DNA of 64,000 nucleotides. It comes from Peptococcaceae bacterium BICA1-8 (lineage in GTDB: Bacteria > Bacillota > Peptococcia > Peptococcales > BICA1-8). Location: NCBI GenBank assembly GCA_000802045.1, contig JUEF01000135.1, positions 8,287 to 72,286 of the forward strand, in the 5' to 3' direction. Shown here piece after piece: positions 35,073 through 43,932 of this stretch. A program made the translations under genes and the position numbers. The stretch's first letter is position 1; each line of letters begins with the position of its first letter. The notes beneath the pieces are model-generated. The model ran no database searches. It saw nothing but the letters and a program-made list of their open reading frames with translations, and had not been told where the DNA came from.

Positions 35073-37517
35073 TTGCCGAAAATTGCAGCGGTTTGCGTTA
35101 ACATTACCACCAAAATAGACACTAAAGTATTTCATTATAATGTTCCTCCTTCTATGGAAGAAGTATTGCAGGTTGGCTGTCGTGTTCAAGTTCCTTTGGG
35201 ATTCCAGCTATGTGATGGTTTTGTGGTAGATTTTCCTAATTCTAGTGAAACAATGAATTTGAAAGAAATTAAAGATATTATTGATAAAGAACCGGTGATT
35301 TCCCAGGAAATGGTAGAATTAGCCCTTTGGGTTAGCAATTATTATCTTTCACCTTTACATAAAATATTAGAATACATTTTACCGCCTTATGCCAGAGTCC
35401 AAAAGGAAAAGTGGGTAAAGCTTGAAGATGCTTGCTCGTTAGGAGAAATAACCCAAACTTTAGCTCTATTAGATTCTTTGATAAAAGATATTATTGAGGC
35501 TTTAGGTAAGGGGCCGCAAAAAATTGATAAACTAATAAAAAGGTTTGGTTCAAACTGTAATAGTGCACTAGAAGATTTACAGTCTAGAGGAGTAGTAATT
35601 ATTTTCTGGCAGTTTATTCCTCTGGGTAAAGAAAAAATAATCACTTTTTATAGAGCTAAAGTCATCATAGAAGAAGAAATAACTAATCAATTTAAAAGAG
35701 CCCCTAAGCAAATGGAAGTTCTACAATACCTTATAAGAAATGGCCCGCAATCTAAAGCTCAGCTTACTAATATTTTAGGGAAAAATATTTATATCCTGAA
35801 TACTCTAGTCAATAAAGGAATAATTGAGAAGTACGAGTTTCGGGAGCAACGACTACCAGAATTGCATGAAGAGTTTGCTAATAACGTGGTCTTAGAGTTG
35901 AATAATTATCAAAAAGAGGCAATAAAGAGAATAATTGAAGCCTTAGATGCTAAAATCCATACAACCTTTTTAATACATGGCATAACAGGTAGTGGAAAAA
36001 CTGAGGTATATCTTACAAGTATTAAAGCTGCTATCATGAGGGGGCAGGGAGCCATACTGTTGGTTCCGGAAATAGCTTTGACTCCTCAAATAATTGGCCG
36101 CTTCAAAAGTATATTAGGAGATAAAGTGGTTGTGCTCCATAGCAACCTATCCCAAGGGGAAAGATTGGATGCTTGGGAGAGTCTGCGGGTAGGACAGGCT
36201 AAGGTTATTATTGGAGTACGAAGTGCAATTTTTGCTCCTGTACAAAGCTTGGGGTTGATCATAATTGATGAAGAACATGAAACAACATATAAACAAAGTG
36301 AGCCTGAACCTCGTTATCATGCCAGGGAAGTTGCTCTAAAAAGGGCACAATTGACAAATGCTGTTTTAGTTTTAGGGAGTGCTACCCCCTCAATAGAAAG
36401 TTATTTTTCTGCCCAAAAGGGTGATTATGACTTAATAGAAATGCCAGAAAGAGTTACCAAACATTCATTGCCAGATGTTAAGGTTGTTGACCTCAGAGAA
36501 GAATTTAAATTAGGAAATAAAAGTATTTTCAGTACGGCTCTTTCCGAGGCCATAACGGAAGCATTAAATAAATATGAACAAATAATTCTTTTCTTAAATC
36601 GACGAGGCTTTTCAACTTTTGTTTTATGTAGAGAATGCGGCAGTCCTCTAAAGTGTCGGAATTGTTCTATTTCTTTAACATATCATGCAGCTACTCTGGA
36701 AATGAAGTGCCATTATTGTAGTTATAAGACTAGAGTACCCCCACGTTGTCCAAATTGTGGCAGTTCTTTTATTCGTTATTTTGGTACGGGTACACAGCAG
36801 GTAGAACAGGAAATAAAGTCAATTTGGCCTCATGCTAGGGTCACACGTATGGACGTTGATACAACTGGTAATAAAAACGCCCATCAGAATTTACTAGCTC
36901 CATTTAAAAAAGGAGAATCAAATATTCTAGTAGGTACTCAAATGATCACTAAGGGCTTAGATTTTCCTAACGTAACCTTGGTAGGTGTTATAGCTGCCGA
37001 TATTTCCTTAAATCTTCCTGACTACACCTCCAGTGAGCGTACCTTTCAGCTGCTAACCCAGGTTGCTGGTAGAGCTGGACGGGGGGCAAAAAAAGGGCAG
37101 GTTATTATTCAAACATATAGCCCTGACAATTACTCGATTGTAGCTGGTAAAAACCAGGATTTTTTAGGATTTTATCGGCAGGAACTGGCTGCTAGAAAGA
37201 TTATGGATTATCCACCCTTTAGCTATCTAATTAGGATATTAGTTACTGATTATCACGAAAAAACAGTGATTCTTTATCTAGAAGCTTTTACTGAGATCAT
37301 CAAAAAGGATTTTGTGGATAATGTGGAAATATTAGGTCCTGCTCAAGCCCCAATAGGCAAAATAAAAAACCGCTACCGCTGGCAGATTATTTTGAAGGGC
37401 ATAGATTTGGAGCTTTTGAAAAATGCAGCCCTAAGGGGATTGCATCAAACTCAAAAAGGAGAAACTAATAAAACTCTTAGAGTTATTCTTGATGTTGAAC
37501 CGCAAAGTATTCTATAA
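35073..37517 (+). CDS. priA: Primosomal replication restart helicase PriA
   Basis: Walker A GITGSGKTEV, DEEH box and Cys4 zinc-binding region (CRECGSPLKCRNC...CHYC...CPNCGS). TTG start after TAGGAGG. Confidence 0.9.
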   Translation: MPKIAAVCVNITTKIDTKVFHYNVPPSMEEVLQVGCRVQVPLGFQLCDGFVVDFPNSSETMNLKEIKDIIDKEPVISQEMVELALWVSNYYLSPLHKILEYILPPYARVQKEKWVKLEDACSLGEITQTLALLDSLIKDIIEALGKGPQKIDKLIKRFGSNCNSALEDLQSRGVVIIFWQFIPLGKEKIITFYRAKVIIEEEITNQFKRAPKQMEVLQYLIRNGPQSKAQLTNILGKNIYILNTLVNKGIIEKYEFREQRLPELHEEFANNVVLELNNYQKEAIKRIIEALDAKIHTTFLIHGITGSGKTEVYLTSIKAAIMRGQGAILLVPEIALTPQIIGRFKSILGDKVVVLHSNLSQGERLDAWESLRVGQAKVIIGVRSAIFAPVQSLGLIIIDEEHETTYKQSEPEPRYHAREVALKRAQLTNAVLVLGSATPSIESYFSAQKGDYDLIEMPERVTKHSLPDVKVVDLREEFKLGNKSIFSTALSEAITEALNKYEQIILFLNRRGFSTFVLCRECGSPLKCRNCSISLTYHAATLEMKCHYCSYKTRVPPRCPNCGSSFIRYFGTGTQQVEQEIKSIWPHARVTRMDVDTTGNKNAHQNLLAPFKKGESNILVGTQMITKGLDFPNVTLVGVIAADISLNLPDYTSSERTFQLLTQVAGRAGRGAKKGQVIIQTYSPDNYSIVAGKNQDFLGFYRQELAARKIMDYPPFSYLIRILVTDYHEKTVILYLEAFTEIIKKDFVDNVEILGPAQAPIGKIKNRYRWQIILKGIDLELLKNAALRGLHQTQKGETNKTLRVILDVEPQSIL

Positions 37518-37532
37518 TTAAGATAAATTCGT

Positions 37533-37561
37533 CAATAGACAATAGACAATAGACCAAAGAC
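37533..37561 (+). repeat. Heptamer tandem CAATAGA x3 plus a degenerate unit, in the priA-def spacer
   Basis: CAATAGACAATAGACAATAGACCAAAGAC, followed by a TGTCCCCAGTCATTA word. Confidence 0.9.
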
Positions 37562-37604
37562 CATTCTATATGTCCCCAGTCATTAATCGTTAGGAGAGAG
37601 CAAG

Positions 37605-38060
37605 ATGGCAATTTATAATATTATTAAAAAAGAAGACCCTCAACTAAGGGAAAAATCAAAACGTGTTAAGGCGATAACACCCAATATTACTAAATTAGTA
37701 AAAAATATGTTAGAAACTATGTATGACGCAAATGGTGTAGGATTAGCGGCTCCCCAGATTGGGGTTTTAAAAAGAGTAATTGTAATTGACGTAGGAGAAG
37801 GAAGTATTGCCTTAATTAATCCTGAAATAATTGAGGCTAGTGGGGAAGAAACCGATACAGAAGGTTGTTTAAGCTGCCCCGGATTACTTGGAGAGGTTTC
37901 CAGAAATGCAAAGGTAAAGGTCAAGGCAATCAACACTGAAGGTAAAGAGGTAGTAATTGAAGGCGAGGGATTCCTAGCTAGAGCTTTACAACATGAAATA
38001 GACCATCTAGAGGGAATTGTCTTTTTAGATAAGGCTAAAAATATACGAACCCAGGATTAG
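37605..38060 (+). CDS. def: Peptide deformylase
   Basis: [15 protein letters not shown] and QHEIDHL motifs. Confidence 0.9.
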   Translation: MAIYNIIKKEDPQLREKSKRVKAITPNITKLVKNMLETMYDANGVGLAAPQIGVLKRVIVIDVGEGSIALINPEIIEASGEETDTEGCLSCPGLLGEVSRNAKVKVKAINTEGKEVVIEGEGFLARALQHEIDHLEGIVFLDKAKNIRTQD

Positions 38061-38070
38061 GAGGGTAGCT

Positions 38071-39018
38071 ATGGGTATAGTATTTATGGGAACACCCCAC
38101 TTTGCTGTTGAAACCTTTGAACAGCTTATACAAGCAGGTCATCAGATTTTGGGAGTAGTGACCCAACCTGATCGTCCTAAAGGACGGGGTAATAAGTTAA
38201 ATCCTTCTCCTGTAAAAGTAAAAGCTTTAGATTATGGGCTGCCTATCTATCAGCCTGAAAAGGTTAGAGATCCTATCTTTATTAAAAAACTAGCTGACCT
38301 TAAGCCGGAAGTAATAGTTGTTGTGGCTTATGGGCAGATATTACCTAAGGAGATATTGGAATTGCCGCCCTTAGGCTGTATTAATGTTCATGCTTCCCTT
38401 TTACCAAAATACCGGGGAGCTGCACCCATCCACTGGGCAATTATTAACGGAGAAAAGGAAACAGGAGTAACAACTATGCTGATGGATCAAGGATTAGATA
38501 CAGGCAATATGTTGCTTAATACTTCCGTGGAAATTGGCTCTGATGTGACAACCGGGGAACTACATGACAAATTAGCGGTATTAGGGGGCCAACTTCTAAC
38601 TAAAACCCTATATATGCTAGCCAAAGGAGAAATTACCCCTCAACCTCAAGATGATGGACAGGCTACCTATGCATCACTTATAAATAAAGAACATGAGCTA
38701 ATTAATTGGCAGAAGAAAGCCCAGGATATTCACAACTTAATTAGGGGTATGAATCCATGGCCTGGCGCATATTCCTTTTTTATGGGCACCAGGTTAAAAG
38801 TATGGGAGACATCTTTACAGGATTACCCCGGCTCAAATTCTGGCTCAATTGGTGAAATTGTCTATCAAGATGACCTAGGGTTTTGGGTCCAAACTGGTGA
38901 TAAACCAGTATTGATTAAAAAAATACAGCCTGCAGGGAAAAATATTATGACTGCCAATTCTTTTGTAAATGGTTATGGTCTGTCCCTGGGTCAGTTTTTA
39001 GGTGATAAAAATGAATGA
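38071..39018 (+). CDS. fmt: Methionyl-tRNA formyltransferase
   Basis: IVFMGTP..., HASLLPKYRGAAPI motif. Confidence 0.9.
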   Translation: MGIVFMGTPHFAVETFEQLIQAGHQILGVVTQPDRPKGRGNKLNPSPVKVKALDYGLPIYQPEKVRDPIFIKKLADLKPEVIVVVAYGQILPKEILELPPLGCINVHASLLPKYRGAAPIHWAIINGEKETGVTTMLMDQGLDTGNMLLNTSVEIGSDVTTGELHDKLAVLGGQLLTKTLYMLAKGEITPQPQDDGQATYASLINKEHELINWQKKAQDIHNLIRGMNPWPGAYSFFMGTRLKVWETSLQDYPGSNSGSIGEIVYQDDLGFWVQTGDKPVLIKKIQPAGKNIMTANSFVNGYGLSLGQFLGDKNE

Positions 39019-39772
39019 AGCAAGAAAGCGCCTTTTTGTTTTTTTAATGGCTTTTAGTCTTTTTGGAATCGCTTTAATTTCTTTATTTGCTTGGTGGTTA
39101 GTTTCTAAGCAATACTTACTTATGAATCAGATTATTCTAACCCTCACCTTGGTATTTTTTATCCTGCTTTTTCTTATTATATCAATAGGCGTTTTTTTAT
39201 TAATCTACAGTCTGTGGAGCTTTAGGGTTTATAAAGGAACAAACATATTTATCAGGAACGCCATAGATTTTCTTTTTCCATTGGCTTTAAAGTTAGGACA
39301 GTGGTTGGGCATTGAGGATGATAAAATAAAGAGTTCTTATATTCAAGTCAGCAATCAACTTGTTAAGCTTGAACAAAAAATTATTATGCCAGAAAAAATC
39401 CTAATTTTAGCACCACATTGTTTGCAAAGGGTTCAGTGTCCATATAAGATTACTGTTGATGTTAATAATTGCAAACAATGTGGTCAATGCCCGGTAGGTG
39501 ACTTGTTAGCATTAAGTAAAGAAAAAGGGACCCAAATGGTAGTAGCTACCGGAGGAACCTTTGCCCGCAAATTTATTAAAGAGAAAAGGCCACAAGCAAT
39601 AGTAGCAATTGCCTGTGAAAGGGATTTAACCAGTGGAATTCAGGACGTAGAGATTATTCCTGTAATTGGTGTTGTTAATGAAAGGCCTGAAGGCCCCTGT
39701 CATAACACCAGAGTAAATATGTGTCAAGTTGAAAGGGCAGTAAACTATTTTGCAGAAGGAGGAGAAGTATAA
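39011..39772 (+). CDS. DUF116 family membrane protein with Cys-rich C-terminal domain
   Basis: TM helices followed by APHCLQRVQCPYKITVDVNNCKQCGQCPVGDL. ATG at 39011 lies after AGGTGA; the ORF track starts at 39002. Confidence 0.75.
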   Translation: MNEARKRLFVFLMAFSLFGIALISLFAWWLVSKQYLLMNQIILTLTLVFFILLFLIISIGVFLLIYSLWSFRVYKGTNIFIRNAIDFLFPLALKLGQWLGIEDDKIKSSYIQVSNQLVKLEQKIIMPEKILILAPHCLQRVQCPYKITVDVNNCKQCGQCPVGDLLALSKEKGTQMVVATGGTFARKFIKEKRPQAIVAIACERDLTSGIQDVEIIPVIGVVNERPEGPCHNTRVNMCQVERAVNYFAEGGEV

Positions 39773-40474
39773 ATGTTTCCAGGCATGTTTTTTGACTCAA
39801 CGATGATATTACTAATTCCGGGTATTATTTTAGCTATGTATGCTCAGGGAAAGGTTAAGACTACATTTCATAAGTATTCTAAGGTTTTATCTAAAAGAGG
39901 TATCACTGGTGCCGAGACTGCTAGAAGAATTTTAGATGGTTATGGTTTACATGATGTACAGATAGAAATGACAGGGGGGCAATTATCTGACCATTATGAC
40001 CCCCGTTCCCGCAAGGTTAGATTGTCCAATGATGTTTACCGAGGCAGTTCTCTAGCTTCATTAGGAGTAGCAGCCCATGAAGTAGGGCATGCTATCCAAC
40101 ATGATACCGGATATGCTCCTCTTCATATCCGAAACAGTATTGTTCCTGTAACTCAGATTGGCTCAACCTTATCCTTTCCCCTATTACTTTTAGGTCTTTT
40201 TATGGGGATTCCTTCATTAGCTCAATTAGGTGTTCTATTGTTTACTGGGGTAGTGCTATTTCAGATTATTACCCTACCTGTGGAATTTAATGCTAGTTCT
40301 CGAGCCTTGGCTATTTTGGACCAGGAAGGCTTTTTAAGCAGCGAAGAATTAAATGGCACAAAAAAGGTGTTGGATGCTGCTGCATTAACATATGTTGCGG
40401 CAGCTTTAATGGCAGCCTTAAACTTATTAAGACTTTTAATAATTTCAGGTATGTTAGGTGGTAGAAGGGATTAA
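39773..40474 (+). CDS. Membrane zinc metallopeptidase (YugP/Zn_peptidase_2 type)
   Basis: HEVGHAIQH zinc motif and flanking TM helices. Confidence 0.8.
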   Translation: MFPGMFFDSTMILLIPGIILAMYAQGKVKTTFHKYSKVLSKRGITGAETARRILDGYGLHDVQIEMTGGQLSDHYDPRSRKVRLSNDVYRGSSLASLGVAAHEVGHAIQHDTGYAPLHIRNSIVPVTQIGSTLSFPLLLLGLFMGIPSLAQLGVLLFTGVVLFQIITLPVEFNASSRALAILDQEGFLSSEELNGTKKVLDAAALTYVAAALMAALNLLRLLIISGMLGGRRD

Positions 40475-41814
40475 TGGACGCCCGCCAATTTGCTCTAAAA
40501 GTTCTGTATCAGGTCAATGAAGAGGAAGCTTATGCTAATATTGCCTTAGATAAGGCTTTTTCTCAGTTCCAATTAGACGACCCTCGAGATAAAGGGTTGG
40601 CTACGGAACTGGTTTATGGTTGTATAAAATACAAGGGTCATTTAGATTGGGTTGTTAATAAATTTGCAAAGCCACAAGTGAATAAAATGGCACCTTGGAT
40701 CAGAAATATTATTAGACTGGGACTTTATCAGATTATGTTTTTAGATAAGGTCCCGGTTTCTGCTGCTATTAATGAATCAGTCAAGCTGGCAAAGAAATAT
40801 GGGCATCAGGGTACAGTTAAATTTGTGAACGGAGTCTTAAGAAATATAGAAAGAAATAGACAGAAAATAAATTACCCATCGTTGGCAAAAGAACCAGTTC
40901 AACATATTAGTATTGTTTATTCCTTTCCTGTCTGGCTGGTAGAAAGGTGGATTGGCGAATTTGGAGTAGAAAATACTATTAAGCTATGTGTTTTCTTTAA
41001 TAATCCATCTCCTTTATGGATAAGAACAAATACACTGCAAACAACCAGGAATGGCTTAAAAGAGGCTTTAGAAGCACAGGCAGTTAACTGCCAAGAAAGC
41101 ATGAAAACCCCTGAGGGATTAAGAATAATAAACAGTGTAGATATTAGCAAAATTGAAGCGTTTAAGGCCGGATTATTTACTGTCCAAGATGAAAGCTCAA
41201 TGCTTGTAAGCCATATTCTCTCACCACAAGCAGGCCAGCGTATTTTAGATGTCTGTAGCGGGCCGGGTGGTAAAACCAGCCATCTTGCTCAATTAATGAA
41301 CAATGACGGGGAAATTATCGCCTTTGATGTACATGAGCATCGTTTAGAATTGATTAGGGAAACTTGTGAGAGGCTGGGGATCACAATAGTAAAAACAGTG
41401 CTGCAGGATGCCAGAGCTGCAACCCAAATAGTACTAGAACAAGTCGATGCTGTTTTAGTTGATGCTCCTTGTACAGGCTTAGGGGTCTTAGGAAGGCGCC
41501 CTGATGCTAGGTGGCGTAAAAAGCCGGAGGATATAGCGGAGTTAGAGCATATTCAAAAGGAAATCTTAAAAGAAGCTTCTCGCCTGGTAAAATCCGGTGG
41601 TGCTTTGGTGTACAGTACTTGTACAATTAACCAGGAAGAAAATATTAATGTGATAAATGACTTTTTAAAGGACAACCCAGATTTTTCCCTTGATACAAAT
41701 TTATCTAAATATATACCTTATAGTACTGATGAAGGTCAAAAAGGCTGGATACAATTTCTGCCTTTTAGCCATAATATGGATGGATTTTTTATAGCTCGTA
41801 TGCAAAGGAATTGA
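40474..41814 (+). CDS. rsmB: 16S rRNA (cytosine967-C5)-methyltransferase
   Basis: NusB-like N-terminal domain, SAM motif DVCSGPGGKT and catalytic DAPCTGLG/YSTCT motifs. Confidence 0.9.
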   Translation: MDARQFALKVLYQVNEEEAYANIALDKAFSQFQLDDPRDKGLATELVYGCIKYKGHLDWVVNKFAKPQVNKMAPWIRNIIRLGLYQIMFLDKVPVSAAINESVKLAKKYGHQGTVKFVNGVLRNIERNRQKINYPSLAKEPVQHISIVYSFPVWLVERWIGEFGVENTIKLCVFFNNPSPLWIRTNTLQTTRNGLKEALEAQAVNCQESMKTPEGLRIINSVDISKIEAFKAGLFTVQDESSMLVSHILSPQAGQRILDVCSGPGGKTSHLAQLMNNDGEIIAFDVHEHRLELIRETCERLGITIVKTVLQDARAATQIVLEQVDAVLVDAPCTGLGVLGRRPDARWRKKPEDIAELEHIQKEILKEASRLVKSGGALVYSTCTINQEENINVINDFLKDNPDFSLDTNLSKYIPYSTDEGQKGWIQFLPFSHNMDGFFIARMQRN

Positions 41815-41819
41815 TCGAT

Positions 41820-42875
41820 ATGAAAAAAGACTTGCGTTCGATGAGTTTAGAAGAAATCAAAGAATTAATGATTGAGTTAAACGAACCAGCCTTTAGGGCA
41901 AAACAGCTATTTGAGTGGGTTCATAAAAAAGGTATAGATAGCCTAGAAGAGATCTCTAATTTCAGCAAGGAATTAAAAGATAAAATAGCACTGAATTTTA
42001 AAATTACCTGCTTTAACTTGATAACTAAACAAGTATCAGAAGATGGTACTATTAAATATCTTTTTGCTTTAGAAGATAACAATTATATTGAATGTGTACT
42101 GATGAGATATCGGGGTACGAAAAGCAAAAAGCGTAATACCTTATGTGTTTCTAGCCAGGTAGGTTGTGCCATGGGCTGTGGCTTTTGTGCAACTGGTCTA
42201 GGTGGATTTCAGCGGAACCTAACTGCTGGGGAAATTCTAAGTCAAGTTTATACTGTCAATAATTATTTAAAAATAGAAAATGATGATTTTATGGTAGGAA
42301 ATATAGTTTATATGGGAATGGGTGAACCACTCCTAAACTTTCAGAATCTGATTAAATCTATAAGATTATTAAATGAACTACTAGGTCAGAATATAAGTAT
42401 AAGAAGGATAACTATATCAACATGTGGAATAATACCCAAGATAATTGACTTGGCAGATTTAAATTTAGATCTAGTACTTGCTGTTTCTCTTCATGCTCCA
42501 ACAGACCAACTACGGTCACAGATAATGCCTGTTAATAATCAGTATCCTTTAAAAGTATTAAAAGATGCCTGCTTATATTATGTTGAGAAAACCCGAAGAC
42601 GGCTCACTTTTGAATATGCCTTAGTTAATAACTTTAATGATACTAAAGAGCATGCTTACCAATTAGCTGATTATTTAAAGGATATCTTTAGCCATGTTAA
42701 TCTAATTCCTGTTAACCCTACTGTCACCGAAAAATATCAAAGGCCTCAAAGAGTTAAAGTTCAAGACTTTTTAGAGGTACTTACCAGTTTAGGCATTGAA
42801 GCGAGTATCCGTGAGGAACGGGGTAAAGATATTGCTGCCGCTTGCGGACAATTAAGAGGGAAAGTGGTGGAGTAA
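41820..42875 (+). CDS. rlmN: 23S rRNA/tRNA adenine-C2 methyltransferase (radical SAM)
   Basis: CAMGCGFCATG radical-SAM cluster motif. ATG at 41820 (MKKDLRS). Confidence 0.9.
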   Translation: MKKDLRSMSLEEIKELMIELNEPAFRAKQLFEWVHKKGIDSLEEISNFSKELKDKIALNFKITCFNLITKQVSEDGTIKYLFALEDNNYIECVLMRYRGTKSKKRNTLCVSSQVGCAMGCGFCATGLGGFQRNLTAGEILSQVYTVNNYLKIENDDFMVGNIVYMGMGEPLLNFQNLIKSIRLLNELLGQNISIRRITISTCGIIPKIIDLADLNLDLVLAVSLHAPTDQLRSQIMPVNNQYPLKVLKDACLYYVEKTRRRLTFEYALVNNFNDTKEHAYQLADYLKDIFSHVNLIPVNPTVTEKYQRPQRVKVQDFLEVLTSLGIEASIREERGKDIAAACGQLRGKVVE

Positions 42876-43259
42876 GTGTGGTTATTAGCATATTGGTGGC
42901 AAGCTTTAATATTAATACTTTTATATAGTTTCCTGTTTTTAGTTTATAAAGAAATGAACAGAGAACATTTTAGAGAGCCTGCCGCCATACTTATGGTAAC
43001 TCAAGAGCCAATGGGCATAGAGGTAAATATATTTTCGGTAGGTCAAGCACTTTTAATATACCCTCAAGAACCTTTAGAAATACAGGATGAAAAAATATAT
43101 GTCCACAATGAAAATATTATTTTAGAGCGTAAAGGTGAAATAAAAAAGATATCTGCTGGAGAAGTTTTCGATTTTGCAGGTGGTACTCTAGAGCTGGTGA
43201 GGTGGAATAATGCACGTCAACTCATTAACAAATATCGGGCTGGTACGAAAAGCCAATGA
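42876..43259 (+). CDS. Hypothetical membrane-anchored protein (127 aa) overlapping the stp start by 50 nt
   Basis: GTG-start ORF with one N-terminal TM helix. No family recognised. Sits where FHA-domain proteins sit in related clusters. Confidence 0.45.
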   Translation: MWLLAYWWQALILILLYSFLFLVYKEMNREHFREPAAILMVTQEPMGIEVNIFSVGQALLIYPQEPLEIQDEKIYVHNENIILERKGEIKKISAGEVFDFAGGTLELVRWNNARQLINKYRAGTKSQ

Positions 43260-43932
43260 GGATAGTTTTCTCACTGACAAAAACAGAGGCCTTTTTGTGG
43301 TTGCTGATGGTATGGGAGGTCATGAAGCAGGAGAACTGGCAAGCAGCATAGCCATCAAAACATTAGACGATTTTTTAACCAGGGAAGTAATTACTAATCA
43401 AAAAAGTAAGGGCTTATGTCAGGCTATTCAGAAAGCTAATGAACTGGTTAATGAAGAATCCAGATTAAATACTAATTGCGCAGGTATGGGTACCACTATT
43501 ACAGCTGCTTTATTAATTGATAATATGCTATATATCGCGCATATTGGCGATAGCCGGGCTTATCTTGTTAGGGACAAAACGATTAGTTTATTGACAAAGG
43601 ATCATTCTCTCGTAGGAGAATTATTAAGACAGGGAGAGTTGACGGAAAGTGAAGCATATAGACATCCCCATCGTAATATTCTAACCCGAGCCTTAGGGAC
43701 AGAACGGGAAGTAGAAATTGACCAAGTAGAAATAAAAATAAACCCCGGGGATTTACTCCTTTTATGTACAGATGGTCTTTATAATTTAGTACATGATAAT
43801 GAAATTTTAAGGGAAATTATTCATAATAGCAGTGATATGAAAAAATCAGTAGATCAATTAGTACAAATAGCCCTTGACCGAGGAGGAGTCGATAATATTA
43901 CGATTATTTTGGTAAGTTGTGATGAGCAATAG
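43210..43932 (+). CDS. stp: PP2C-family Ser/Thr phosphatase
   Basis: TNIGLVRKANEDSF, VADGMGGHEAG and DNITIILV motifs. GAGGTGG RBS. Confidence 0.9.
   Translation: MHVNSLTNIGLVRKANEDSFLTDKNRGLFVVADGMGGHEAGELASSIAIKTLDDFLTREVITNQKSKGLCQAIQKANELVNEESRLNTNCAGMGTTITAALLIDNMLYIAHIGDSRAYLVRDKTISLLTKDHSLVGELLRQGELTESEAYRHPHRNILTRALGTEREVEIDQVEIKINPGDLLLLCTDGLYNLVHDNEILREIIHNSSDMKKSVDQLVQIALDRGGVDNITIILVSCDEQ

Noticed and set aside
34923-35189. 88-aa minus-strand ORF across the priA upstream repeats.
   Set aside because: It spans the MITE-like end, the CTGGGCAC cassette and the priA start in antisense. It has no RBS and no recognisable family.
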